From: Tubiluchus corallicola
Lineage: Eukaryota; Animalia; Priapulida
Direction of reading: 5' to 3'
DNA: 64,000 nt
Assembly (NCBI GenBank): GCA_030141605.1
Contig: JAQGDQ010002369.1
Span: 248,001 to 312,000 of the forward strand
In this document: positions 9,336-20,069 of the stretch, in pieces
Layout of the letters: every line of letters begins with the position of its first letter
How positions within the stretch are numbered: the stretch's first letter is position 1
The notes under the pieces: generated by a model
Told to the model about the DNA's origin: nothing
The model's input: the letters and a program-made list of their open reading frames with translations, nothing else
Database searches by the model: none
Position numbers and translations under genes: made by a program

Positions 9336-11463
9336 TTGGTTGGAAAGTCCGAGCAAGATAGAGAATCATTTGATAAAGTTCAAAAAAATAGTGGAGAGCT
9401 TTTGGAGATTCTGGTTGAGAACATCATCGTCCTGGTTCTGATTGGCTTCGTAACGGGAATACTTACCGGATTTTTAAGCAGTGGGGGAGGTCCGATCGTC
9501 GTTCTACTGCTTACTTTTATCTTGCCAAGGATGCATGTGGACTATGCACTTTCCATGCATATGGCTGTAGGAACAGCTCTGGCAATTGGCGTGCCAGGTA
9601 CGGGAGTGGCTGCCTGGGGCCGATGGAAAGCAGGAGACTTGGACTTGAAGTATCTGCGCACTCTTTTTTGGGGCATTTTGATTGGAGTGCTCTTGGGGAT
9701 CTTTATTGCGCATTTTGCAGATATGACCATCATGAAGTGGATTTTTATTGCTTTCGCCGTTCTTACAGCAATTTATGTTCCCTTTCACGAAAAGTGGACG
9801 ATGGCAAAACATCCCCCGAAAGGTTTTCCCGGAGGCCTCCTTAGCTTGGGTACATCGACTGTTTCAACCATTGTCGGAGAGGGCGTTGGTGCTATTCTCA
9901 TGCCAATTTTGATCGGATGCGGATATCCTATGCATGGTTCAATCGGTCTTGGAGCTGCTACGAACTGTATCGGGCTTCTTATCGGAACTGTGGGTTTCAT
10001 CCTTATTGGGTGGGGAGCGACTTCGATGGTCGTCAGTATCTATATCTATCCGACGTTTGCAACTTCTGGCTTTTCTATGATTTTTTTTCTGCTTTTTGCA
10101 GGAATCCTATTTTTCATGCCTGTCTGCCTTACAGCGGCAGAGATGGGAACGGGAGGCAGTGGGTGGTCGAACGCAGGTGTATTCAGTTGGGGGACTGCTG
10201 CGCTAGGAGAGAGATGGGGATTCATGATGATCTACCTTCAGTTCATGCAGATTTCCATAGGCTTTGTAGCCATGCTTTACTTCATCAGTGGAGCCATTTC
10301 ATTTCTCTTCGATAATCCTGTCATCAATTCTCCGGGATGGATTCAGTTCCTTATCATCTTCCTGATTTTCTGGGTCATCACTCTGGCTAGCAGGGGAGGC
10401 ACAAAGATCACAAAGTACTTTGCTTCCTATGGGTTCATCTTTGGAGTGATCATCCCACTGGTGTTTTTGATCATCATGGGGATTGTTTATCTTTCAGGGG
10501 GGAATCACGTTGAAATACAGTTCACAGCGAACAAATTTTTCCCCAATTTTGAACAATTGGGGACGATAGTCGTTCTCGCTTCGTTCATTCTTTCGTTCAT
10601 GGGGACAGAGGCTTCTGCCGTCCATGTGAATCAGCTCGTCAAACCTACACGGAATTATCCTTTAGCGATTCTGATTTTAGCTATTCTCACGATCACCATT
10701 GGGTCTCTTTCAGGATTGACGATTGCGATTACGATCCCACAGTCTCAAATCTCTTTGAATGCGGGCCTATTAGAGGCCTTCAAATACCTGTTGGATTTTT
10801 ATGGAGTGGGTTGGATCCGCTATCCTGTAGCGATATTGATTTCTCTCAGTGCGATCGGAGAGATTGCCTCATGGGTCAATGGGTCCCGTACGGGGGATGC
10901 TCTTTGCAGCACAGAATGGGATCCTTCATCCCAAAACGTCCAAGATGAATAAGCATAATATGCCTATCAATCTCATGTGGGTGCAGGGGATTCTGGTTTC
11001 TTTTTGGATCGTCCTTCTTACTTTTGGATCGGTAGGTGGAGGGAACATCGCATTCTTTACAGCAGTTTCTTTGACTGTGATTACCTATCTAACGATGTAT
11101 GTCCTTCTCTTCATTTCCTATTTGGTGCTGAAGACGAAATATCCTGACAATCCACGCAAATTCAAACTGTCGGCATGGCTAGGATGGATAATATCTCTTT
11201 TGGGGATGACCTGCGCGGTCTTTGCTTTCTTCACCATTTTTGCTAAACCGGCTCAGCTTCAAGCCAGCGACTATAGCAATTATCTGATCATATTGATCTG
11301 TGCCTATATCGTGATCTTTGCCATACCGCATATCTTGTACAGCATTGCTAAGAAGCGGGAAGCGCATTGGAAAGAAGTCGTCAACGAGATGTTCGAAAAA
11401 GGACATACGATCAAAGCAAAGTGCATTGTCGACGAAGAACATGCCCAATCAGGCTCGTCCTAG
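9336..11463 (+). pseudogene. chimera: TauE/SafE exporter fused to GadC-like APC antiporter, frameshifted near 10880
   Basis: GFLSSGGG..MHMAVGTAL (TauE-like), then SMVVSIYIYPTFATSGF..AAEMG, MGTEASAVH (GadC-like); extra A converts WVMGPVRGM to WVNGSRTG. Confidence 0.75.
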
Positions 11464-12610
11464 AAGTCAATTTTTGCTGTTAGAGTAAAGCCGTGCATGT
11501 ATAAATCTTCAGGTTTAAAGGTAAAGGCGTTCGTTTTTGCCTGGCTTATAGCTATCATGTAGTTTTCTCCCCTAAACATATTGAAATCATAGATTGCGGC
11601 AAGATCGAAATGCCAAGTATGGTCGGCAAAGTATGTTCCCCAGCCGAATCCCAAGCCAAGTTCGAGGATGGGACGCAATACATGCGTATTTTTGATCAAT
11701 AGAATAAGCAATGGATGAATTTGGTAACGACGGCCGCATTCACGGTATCTTCTTCTTCGGTGATCTTATAGCGGGTATAAAGCAGACTAGAGGCGATATT
11801 CCCGAAAGTTCTAAAGCCCATTCCCAATAGCCAATTTGTATCGATCCCTGCTCGTGCTCCCAAGGCCCAACTGGTTTGTTTGTTTCGACTTTCTCTAAAA
11901 TCACCGTTCAAAGCAACGAAATCTCCGCCAACATTGAATCTCTGGCTATTAAAGCCAGCTCTTGCACCGATATGAGGACGGAAGGAAAGATTGGTTCCCA
12001 CGTAATAAAACCGTCCCATTTCGAGATCTAGAAGATTCATAGATAGTTTCCATTTTGCCGTGGCTCGAGTAACTTCTCCTAGTAAACCTGCAATGTTCTG
12101 CGCTGTGTCGAACCAGGATGAGTCAATAAACAGTCTTCCATTCGATGGGGTAGTGATACTCCTATTTTGTGTAAAGTGCATCCAGGTATATTCGAGATAA
12201 ACATCCCAATTGTCGAAACCCGAATTCAGTCCAAATCCCACTTTGAACCCAGGTTTGTAATTGAAATCTACTTCTTGTAAAGATGCACCTAGAATGGGAA
12301 GTCTTCCTGATGCAGGGGTAGGATTATCAAAGGTAGCGGCAAATGGCAGTCCCCCTTCCAAGGGCTGCCAGTAAAGGAAAGTACCTGTAAGAAAAACATC
12401 CCAGCACCCTCTTACATCATATCGTGAAGGAGCATTGTAACCGGACATCATCTGGGAGTTTTCTGCGGCATGACCCTGGTCATATTCTACTGGCTCTTCC
12501 TTTGGTTTCATTAGATGTGCTCCAGGCACTGGGCGACGGTTAGATACTTCACATTCAGCAAAGGTTGCCGATATGAATAGGATGCATGAAGCGAGGAAGA
12601 GTTTTTTCAT
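11460..12610 (-). pseudogene. MOMP-like (Lpg1974-type) outer-membrane porin, frameshifted near 11700
   Basis: signal peptide, FLYWQP, YKPGFKVG, DNWDVYLEYTW, C-terminal LYMHGFTLTAKIDF in second frame. Confidence 0.75.
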
Positions 12611-12679
12611 GGTATTTCTCCAATGTTCGAAATTCTTTTATAGGAGGTTTTCAGAAAAATGAAAAGCAAAGATGGTCGT

Positions 12680-13891
12680 TTAGGTAGACGTTCTCTGTCT
12701 GACAAGGCCTGTTAACAGGATGCCTAAAAGTATAAGGACAACACTTATTATGAGAGGAAGGAAAATATTCACGTTGGCCAAAAAGCCTGCGAGTATGCTT
12801 GAAGTACCTGCAGCAATAGAATTCATTCCTCCAGTAACTCCCATGACCCAACCCTGTTTAGACTCATCGACCTGCTTGGAAAAGAGAGTCATATAAAAAG
12901 CATATGCTGTCGACATGGCTGCTGCAGCTGGAAGGATGATGATCCAGACAAGCCAGCTTGCGGAGACCATCGTTAGGAAAACCATGAGAGCGAGAATTGC
13001 ATACCCGATCAGGATGACTCCTTTGATCGGACGGTCAGAGAACCATTTGGTCAAAAAGGCAAATCCAATGCAAAGGCCGATTCCTAATAGTGTGAACAGG
13101 AAGGAAACTTCAAGAGGAGAAAATCCGAACCGGTGCGCGACAAAAAGAGAAATATAGAAGTAGTAAAAAGCCCATCCTGTTTGAATGACCAGGAAACTGA
13201 AAGCCAGATAACAGATTTTTTTATGTCGTATGATCGACGATAGTGACTCGATCGCTTTTGCCCAATTGAGCTGGAACCCTTCTTTCGGGGGCAGTATGTC
13301 TTTATAACTGAACTGAAGGACCACAATATTGATAAAAGAGAGGATGATCGCAAAGTACATGGGAGTTGTACTGTCGAACCAGCTGACGACTCTACTGTCC
13401 GATAAAAAGCCACCGATCAGAGGACCACATACGATTCCAAGTGTGAGAAAGAGCAAAACATAACCAATGTTCTTTGTTTTTGTTTTCTCCTCGCTGACAT
13501 CCGCTGCAGCTGCTTGAGCGATCGGCTGGCCACCGGCTGTGATCCCGTCGATGATCCTTCCTATGATCAATAAGAGAACGCTATGTATGATGAATGCAAA
13601 TGCGGAAAGTACATATCCGATAAGCGTGCCCCAAAGACAGATCATCAAAGCTCTTTTCCGTCCTACATAATCGGAGAGGTCCCCGAGTATGGGGACTCCT
13701 ATAAACCAGCAGAAGAAAAAGACTCCTAGAACGATCCCATAGAGGCTGTTTCTGAACATCATCGACTGACTGGCAGTTAAGACGACAGATTCGGGGTTGG
13801 TCAAATCACGGATTAGAATAGGAAACAGGATACCTTGACCCATTCCATCGATGAAAAGAACGAGGAATAAACCTAAAAAAGAAAGCTTCAT
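12680..13891 (-). CDS. MFS transporter (TetA/DHA1-like)
   Basis: GDLSDYVGRKR motif A, GRIIDG, about 12 TM. Confidence 0.9.
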   Translation of the reverse strand: MKLSFLGLFLVLFIDGMGQGILFPILIRDLTNPESVVLTASQSMMFRNSLYGIVLGVFFFCWFIGVPILGDLSDYVGRKRALMICLWGTLIGYVLSAFAFIIHSVLLLIIGRIIDGITAGGQPIAQAAAADVSEEKTKTKNIGYVLLFLTLGIVCGPLIGGFLSDSRVVSWFDSTTPMYFAIILSFINIVVLQFSYKDILPPKEGFQLNWAKAIESLSSIIRHKKICYLAFSFLVIQTGWAFYYFYISLFVAHRFGFSPLEVSFLFTLLGIGLCIGFAFLTKWFSDRPIKGVILIGYAILALMVFLTMVSASWLVWIIILPAAAAMSTAYAFYMTLFSKQVDESKQGWVMGVTGGMNSIAAGTSSILAGFLANVNIFLPLIISVVLILLGILLTGLVRQRTST

Positions 13892-13929
13892 ACTTTCCAG
13901 ATAGCATCTGGTAATGAGGAACGCAAGAG

Positions 13930-15729
13930 CTATTGGAAGGATTTCTTTTCGGCTTCATACCGTTCATGAAGCTCTTCAAGATCTGAATAGAGCTGTTCGA
14001 TTTCCTTGAGACGGCGCCCCATCGATTTTAAGATCTGCGGAGTTTGTTTTCCCTGTTCGATCAGTACTTGTTCTTTATTTTGCTCTTCTTCCAAGGAGAT
14101 GATCTTTTTTTCACACGATTTGATTTGAGTTTCGATGGGCTTTAAGATTTTGGCTCGATCCTGAACGAATTTGGCACGTTCCTGTTTGTTCTTCTTTTTA
14201 GGCGGTGCATTTTTTTTCTCTTCTTCCCAGCCGACTTTTTCTAAGAATTCATCGTAATTTCCAAGGAAGAGCTCTTGATGTCCCTCTTCGCAAATGACGA
14301 TTTGATCAGGATTGAATCTTCTGAGGATCAGTTCGCTGTGTGTCACGATGATAACAGATCCTGAAAAATCTTCGATGGCATCCATGAGAGCTTCTATTGA
14401 TTCTATATCGAGATGGTGGGTCGGTTCGTCCAAAAGGAGTAGGTTGCAAGGTTTGGCCAATATCTTGCCTAAAAGAACCCTGCTTCTTTCTCCTCCGGAA
14501 AGTACGGAGACTTTTTTTGCGGCAAGATCTCCGCTGAACATCATGATCCCGGCGATATTTTTTACCTGAGTATAGGTCAGTCTGGGGTTGGCAGCAGAGA
14601 TTTCCTCTTCGATCGTATGATTCGGATGCAAACGACTTATGTTTGTCTGTCCAAAGTATCCCATATGGGTGTTTTCGGAGAGTTTTAGGGTTCCTTTATC
14701 TTGTTTGAGATCCTGGGCCAGAAGACGGAGAATGGTCGATTTACCCCTTCCATTTTTACCGATGATGGCAATTCTTTGGCCTTTCTCGATAGAGAGGGAT
14801 ACTTTTTGGATCAGAGGATCTTCGGTATAGGAAAAATCGAGGTTTCGCGCCTCCAACATCTTCCTTCCGGGAAAAGGCATTTCCTGAAAATTGAAAGAGA
14901 GGTGAGAAAGATTTTTCAGCTTTTCCATCACGGGAAGCCTTCCGATCTGTTTTTTTCTCGATTGCGCCTGCGCTGCTTTCGTGGCTTTGGCGCCGTATCG
15001 TTCGATATACTTTTGAGCATGTGCTTTCTTCTTCTCGACCTTGATTCTCGTTTTTTCATGAACTTCCTCTTCTAGGACGAGCTGTTCAAAAAAATCGATG
15101 GTGCTTCCCTTCATTTTCTTCACACTCTCCCGATGGACTCCCATGGTGTGTGTGGTGACCTGGTCCATAAAGTCCCGATCGTGCGAGACAAGAATGAACT
15201 CTCCCTTCCACTTTTTCAGGAAGTTGCTGAGCCATCGGATGGACAGGATGTCGAGGTAATTCGTCGGTTCATCGAGAAGAAGGCAGTCAGGCTCTGAGAT
15301 CAGCACTTTGGCCAAATGCAGACGGAGATGGAATCCACCAGAAAATTGCTCAGGGGAAGTATCGAGATCTTCTTTTGTAAATCCCAGACCAAAGAGAATT
15401 TTTTCAGCTTTATACAGATGATGCTCCTCATCAGGAGGTAAAGAGGTTGCAGCTTCTTCCAGCAAGGTCGGCTCTGTAAACTGGATATGCTGTTCGAGAT
15501 AGCCGATTCGGTAATCTCTTGGAATGGCAATGTTTCCTTTATCTGCTTCCAGTTGATGGGTGATAAGCTTCAGAAGGGTGGACTTACCGGAGCCATTTCT
15601 TCCGACCAGGCCGCACTTTTCTCTTTCCTGGAGGCTGAAAGAAACATCTTTAAAAAGAGGGTGTCCGGCAAAGGCCAGACATACATTGTCGAACTGAATC
15701 AAAATGCACCTGAACTTTGCATGCAGCAT
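13930..15729 (-). CDS. ABC-F family ATPase
   Basis: two ABC cassettes (GRNGSGKS/FSGG/LLDEPTN; GKNGRGKS/LSGGE/LLDEPT), no TM; start may be TTG 15702. Confidence 0.92.
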   Translation of the reverse strand: MLHAKFRCILIQFDNVCLAFAGHPLFKDVSFSLQEREKCGLVGRNGSGKSTLLKLITHQLEADKGNIAIPRDYRIGYLEQHIQFTEPTLLEEAATSLPPDEEHHLYKAEKILFGLGFTKEDLDTSPEQFSGGFHLRLHLAKVLISEPDCLLLDEPTNYLDILSIRWLSNFLKKWKGEFILVSHDRDFMDQVTTHTMGVHRESVKKMKGSTIDFFEQLVLEEEVHEKTRIKVEKKKAHAQKYIERYGAKATKAAQAQSRKKQIGRLPVMEKLKNLSHLSFNFQEMPFPGRKMLEARNLDFSYTEDPLIQKVSLSIEKGQRIAIIGKNGRGKSTILRLLAQDLKQDKGTLKLSENTHMGYFGQTNISRLHPNHTIEEEISAANPRLTYTQVKNIAGIMMFSGDLAAKKVSVLSGGERSRVLLGKILAKPCNLLLLDEPTHHLDIESIEALMDAIEDFSGSVIIVTHSELILRRFNPDQIVICEEGHQELFLGNYDEFLEKVGWEEEKKNAPPKKKNKQERAKFVQDRAKILKPIETQIKSCEKKIISLEEEQNKEQVLIEQGKQTPQILKSMGRRLKEIEQLYSDLEELHERYEAEKKSFQ

Positions 15730-15788
15730 AGCATGGGGCGATTCTTTTTTTCTTGTGAAAACAGAAGATTTCTTGATACAAGGCGGCT

Positions 15789-16832
15789 ATGGGAAGAACC
15801 TGCATTTTAACCATTCTATTTACTTTTTCATGGACCTTTCAAATCGAAGCTTGTACCGATTTTCTCCTGGAAGATGTACATAAGAATGTTGTTGTTGGCC
15901 GTTCGATGGAGTTTGGGATTGATCTCCAGTCCAAAATCGCCATTCATCCCCGAAGAGAAAAAGATGAAAGCTGCATAGGAAATGACATAGGGCTGTCCTG
16001 GATCTCCGATTATGCCTACATTGGAGTTGATACCTTGGGAATAAACCTTTTGGTTGACGGGATGAATGAGAAGGGTCTTTCTATGGGCGCCTTATGGTTC
16101 CCGGGAGCTGAATATCCCAAATTTCGATGGAAGTCAGAAGGCAAAATCATTGCCTTTGAGGACCTCGGAAGATGGCTGTTGGGTACTTGCGCTGATTTGG
16201 AAGAAGTTCAAGAGGCACTGGAGAGTGTCGATATTTGGGTGCATAGGCTTCCTGTCATTAATGAGATCCCTCCGATTCATCTTTCCTTTCACGATCGTTC
16301 AGGAAAGAGCATGGTCGTAGAATTCCTCGATGCAGAGATGAAGATAGAGGAAAATCCGATTGGGGTGCTTACGAATGCGCCCAAATTTGAATGGCAAATG
16401 ACGAATGTCAGGAATTATATAAACCTTACCGCTCTTGATCAGGGTGATACAAAATTGGATGGGACTGTATTGGACCCAACAGGTCATGGCACGGGAATGC
16501 TAGGCCTGCCCGGTGACTGGACTCCTCCTTCTCGTTTTGTCCGGATTGCACTGATAAAAAATTATGTCGTCAAAACCAGAAACGCTAAGGAGAATGCGAA
16601 TCTGGCATTTCATCTCTTGAATACTGTGGACATCCCCTATGGGGCTGTCCAGTCAGTCAGTGGAAAAAACTTCGATTATACGCAATGGGCTGTCGTCAAA
16701 GATTTATGCAATGAGAAATTCTATTACCGAACCTATGGCGATCTTGACTACAAGATGATCGACTTCTCATGTGAGAAAGTCCGTACAGGAGATAAAGTAA
16801 GAACTCTGCCCATGAGAGGGGCGTCTCATTAA
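15789..16832 (+). CDS. choloylglycine hydrolase/penicillin V acylase family Ntn-hydrolase
   Basis: signal peptide then catalytic CT, GRSMEF, DGMNEKGL, LTNAP, LPGDWTPPSRF. Confidence 0.9.
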   Translation: MGRTCILTILFTFSWTFQIEACTDFLLEDVHKNVVVGRSMEFGIDLQSKIAIHPRREKDESCIGNDIGLSWISDYAYIGVDTLGINLLVDGMNEKGLSMGALWFPGAEYPKFRWKSEGKIIAFEDLGRWLLGTCADLEEVQEALESVDIWVHRLPVINEIPPIHLSFHDRSGKSMVVEFLDAEMKIEENPIGVLTNAPKFEWQMTNVRNYINLTALDQGDTKLDGTVLDPTGHGTGMLGLPGDWTPPSRFVRIALIKNYVVKTRNAKENANLAFHLLNTVDIPYGAVQSVSGKNFDYTQWAVVKDLCNEKFYYRTYGDLDYKMIDFSCEKVRTGDKVRTLPMRGASH

Positions 16833-16849
16833 ATGATAAAGAGGTAGAG

Positions 16850-17188
16850 ATGAAATATCTGGCTGAAGTATTCGATCAATTGGGTGTCGTTGCCCGGAAA
16901 GACAAAGAAGGACGTTTTTTAGGAATGAACCAGATGGGCCTCGATGTCCTTGGGGTGAAAATAGGCGATGTTGTAGGAAAAAAAGATGAAGACTTCTTTC
17001 CCATGGACTTAGTAGAAGGCTATCGAAAGGACGACAAAGAAGTAATGAAGACCGGAAAGAAGAAATACTTCAAAGAAAAAGTTACAGACAAGAATGGAAA
17101 TTACATCGAAATGCATGTAACAAAAACTCCTTTGCGAGATCAAAACGGAAGTATCGTGGGTGTAATTGTGCTTGCGATACAAGGATAA
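16850..17188 (+). CDS. stand-alone PAS domain protein
   Basis: KDKEGRFLGMN..VVGKKDEDFFP..KTPLRDQNGSIVGVI. Confidence 0.85.
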   Translation: MKYLAEVFDQLGVVARKDKEGRFLGMNQMGLDVLGVKIGDVVGKKDEDFFPMDLVEGYRKDDKEVMKTGKKKYFKEKVTDKNGNYIEMHVTKTPLRDQNGSIVGVIVLAIQG

Positions 17189-17201
17189 TAGAGGGTATTT
17201 T

Positions 17202-17801
17202 ATGAGAAAAATGATTCTTTTCCTCATTGTAGGCACAAATTTAGGATTTTGTATGACGCCTGACGCAGCATTAGAGAAGTTGAAAACAGGGAACCGACGG
17301 TTTGTAAATAATCGTACGATTCATTCCATGCATGAAAAAAGGCGTCTTTCTACTAAGAAAAGGCAAAAACCTTTTGCGGTCATCTTAGGATGTGCTGATT
17401 CGAGAGTTGCTCCGGAAATCATTTTTGACCAGGGAATAGGAGATCTCTTTGTCGTACGGGTAGCTGGAAATGTGACCGATCCCGTGGTTTTGGAAAGCAT
17501 CGATTTTGCTGTTGCAGCCTTAGAGTCCGTGATCATTCTTGTGTTAGGGCATGCTAACTGCGGAGCTGTTGATGCTACTCTTACTGGGAATGATCAGCTT
17601 ATCCCTGAAATCGCACAAAGGATCGAACCTGCGATCAAGCATGCAGAAGATCTGGAAGATGCCATAAAGATGAATGCGCTGTATGTAGTTCAGGAGTTGG
17701 AAAAGAACTCGCTTTTAAAAGAGAAGGTCCGCTCTGGCAAGCTAGAAGTGGTGGGCGGTTACTATGACTTTCGGTCTGGAACTGTTCAGTTTCTGAAATA
17801 G
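17202..17801 (+). CDS. beta-class carbonic anhydrase
   Basis: GCADSRV, RVAGN, GHANCGA. Confidence 0.92.
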   Translation: MRKMILFLIVGTNLGFCMTPDAALEKLKTGNRRFVNNRTIHSMHEKRRLSTKKRQKPFAVILGCADSRVAPEIIFDQGIGDLFVVRVAGNVTDPVVLESIDFAVAALESVIILVLGHANCGAVDATLTGNDQLIPEIAQRIEPAIKHAEDLEDAIKMNALYVVQELEKNSLLKEKVRSGKLEVVGGYYDFRSGTVQFLK

Positions 17802-17916
17802 TTAAATTAAATACTATGTTTTAGTAAATAATTTAATTAATAAACTTCTTGAAGAGATTATTTTAACAAGTCTAGAATTCTCCACATTTTATTAATAATC
17901 CAATATGGAGGATCAT

Positions 17917-18393
17917 ATGAAGAAAATCATCGTACTACTAGCTCTCACTTTTGCTGCGGTTTCCGGTTACTCGAAGGAGATCTGCAAGGTTGGTTTTGCG
18001 GAATCGCAAATTGAAGCTTCAGAGGGGACTGAAGTTCTTCCAGGTCCAGGTACCTATTATAACGGCTATTATGGAAATAGCTGACTCATGCATGTTCAAG
18101 GGAGAAGCAATATTTCCGTTTCTTTCAACCTGTCAGATGAAGAAGCTATGGAAGATCGAAGCCTGAATATCACCCACCTTTCCTCTCTTGTAAATGGAGA
18201 CTGCTATTCTCCGGTCAATATCTACATCAATGGCGAGCTGTTCATGAATCATTACGATCCTCACTCAGGAAACTGGGTTTATGATCAGTTCGACATCAGT
18301 CAGAACGTTAGAAACGGCGATAATGATATCCGCATTGAATTGTGCAATGGTGCTATAGGAAATTATTGGATCAACGCCCTCTCGGTTCTATAA
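17917..18393 (+). pseudogene. secreted beta-rich hypothetical protein interrupted by in-frame TGA at 18082
   Basis: GGAGGA RBS, MKKIIVLLALTFAAVSGYS signal peptide, in frame with ORF 18088-18393. Confidence 0.65.
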
Positions 18394-18416
18394 ATTCTTA
18401 CCTAAAAAATATGTTT

Positions 18417-18446
18417 AAGGGGCTTGGGTATCCAAGCTTCTTTTTT
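18417..18446 (+). terminator. intrinsic terminator
   Basis: AAGGGGCTTGG-GTAT-CCAAGCTTCTT followed by T run. Confidence 0.65.
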
Positions 18447-18578
18447 CGACAAAGTGAAAACTTTTCTTCCCTTATTATATCGCAATTCGTTAAAATCAGA
18501 CCTATTTGAAACTTTAGGCACCAATTTTCAATTCTTTTAAGCTTTTCCAAAAATTTTTTTTTCTAGAAGGTAGAAACA

Positions 18579-18902
18579 ATGAAACTATACGTAGGTAACT
18601 TGCCCCATTCTCTTAAAGAAGGAGATCTTGAGGAGCTATTCTCTCCACACGGTACAGTAGTTAGTACTAAAATCATCATGGATCGCGACACTGGCCGCTC
18701 AAGAGGGTTCGCATTTGTAGAAATGAGTTCTTCTGAAGAGGGAACGGCAGCAATGGAAGCTCTCAATGGGCAAGAAGTCGAAGGAAGAGCTCTCGTTGTT
18801 AACGAAGCCAGATCTCAAGAGAGACGAGGCGGCGGCGGCGGCGGACGTCCTCCACGACGCGGTGGTGGCGGCGGCGGTGGTTTCCGCAGAGATCGTTTCT
18901 GA
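18579..18902 (+). CDS. RRM RNA-binding protein with Gly/Arg-rich tail
   Basis: RNP2 LYVGNL, RNP1 [15 protein letters not shown] tail. Confidence 0.95.
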   Translation: MKLYVGNLPHSLKEGDLEELFSPHGTVVSTKIIMDRDTGRSRGFAFVEMSSSEEGTAAMEALNGQEVEGRALVVNEARSQERRGGGGGGRPPRRGGGGGGGFRRDRF

Positions 18903-18915
18903 GGTTAATCACTCC

Positions 18916-19092
18916 GGATCTATAAAGATCCAGTCTTTTCATCCGGCCCTTGGGCTGGGCAAGATAGGGTGATTCGTTGGGAAGCCAAAGGTTTCCCTAC
19001 AAGTATTAGGATAATTTACATCCCGAGCATAATAGCAAAGGCAAGTGTGAATGGTGCCAACCACTTAATACGAAGCGATTCACCCTTATTTT
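18916..19092 (+). ncRNA. candidate structured RNA (multi-stem plus pseudoknot) downstream of RRM gene; strand assumed
   Basis: long closing stem 18961-18978/19074-19092 enclosing three nested stems and an H-type pseudoknot; two further hairpins upstream. Confidence 0.55.
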
Positions 19093-19238
19093 CAAATCAA
19101 CGACTCTCTTACAGTACCTAAGATTATCCATCCCCAACAAAATAAAATATTTTGTAGTTAGGAATCACTCTTTTAAAGGGGAGATTTCATCGATTCTTAA
19201 TCATTCTGGATTATAATGGCCGGAAAAATCGAGGGAAA

Positions 19239-19880
19239 ATGACTTCTATACTTAGTACAACATCAAGACATATTTTAGATTGGGAGAACATAGTCCGGTC
19301 TTCTCAGGAAGATGGATTTTGTGCTTTGCCTCAAATGGTCTCTGATGGAGTTCACCGGTTCACTGGAACAATTGCACGTATGCAATCCAATGTGGATCAG
19401 GGAAGTTTGGCGGCTTTTTCTGAAAGGGATACTGCGAGCATTCAAAAAGTTCTTACCGTTCTGAATCGCTACACTTTCCTACTGCCCGAAAAGGGACCGA
19501 ATGCCCGGGCATTTTTGGAAGAAGTGGAAGCTTTAGGAAAAGTTGCGAGTGAGACTGATCCAAGAGAAGTGCAACCTCGGACGGATGGTGAAATTCGTGA
19601 CTTGATCCAGGCAAAGAGCCTGGTCTATACCATTCGTCAGCAACATCCTATTCCGAAAGAAAAACCAGTCGCTGAGAAAAAAGAAGAGCCGGCAATCATT
19701 GAAGAACCTATCAAGTCTACTCTATTCGAAAGAAACGTTGAATGGGCAAATGATCACCGTGTAACGGCAGCAGTTGCAGCTGCGATTGTAAGTTCAGCTG
19801 TATGGTATTCTCCAATGATCATGGGATCAATCGTTCTTTCAGCTGCTAGCCCCTACGCCTATCAGGCATCCAAAGCTTAG
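19239..19880 (+). CDS. hypothetical protein with C-terminal hydrophobic segment
   Basis: 213-aa ORF, GAGGG RBS. Confidence 0.6.
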   Translation: MTSILSTTSRHILDWENIVRSSQEDGFCALPQMVSDGVHRFTGTIARMQSNVDQGSLAAFSERDTASIQKVLTVLNRYTFLLPEKGPNARAFLEEVEALGKVASETDPREVQPRTDGEIRDLIQAKSLVYTIRQQHPIPKEKPVAEKKEEPAIIEEPIKSTLFERNVEWANDHRVTAAVAAAIVSSAVWYSPMIMGSIVLSAASPYAYQASKA

Positions 19881-20069
19881 TGTCTGTAGTGGTTTTCAAG
19901 ATATGTGGAAGGATTTTCTCAACTGGTTAGTGAACATTTCTAACAATCGATAACTTTCAATGTATAACTCCAAAACATACTAATTTTATGTAAGGTAAAA
20001 TTTGTAAAAAAAGCTATTTTATTCTTAAAATCTGCGCAAAGAAATTATACATACGTAGGAACATTAATC

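Noticed and set aside
17917-18393. Alternative genetic code (TGA=Trp) or selenocysteine
   Set aside because: Many intact genes end in TGA and use ATGA overlaps, Trp is encoded by TGG throughout, and the TGA is not in a redox motif.
18961-19092. Known riboswitch (SAM-I, fluoride, c-di-GMP), Chlorobi-RRM motif or simple terminator
   Set aside because: Only short chance resemblances (GGTGCCAA, GCAAAG) and no full consensus; Chlorobi-RRM is a 5'-UTR motif; the nested architecture exceeds a terminator. An Rfam search is still required.
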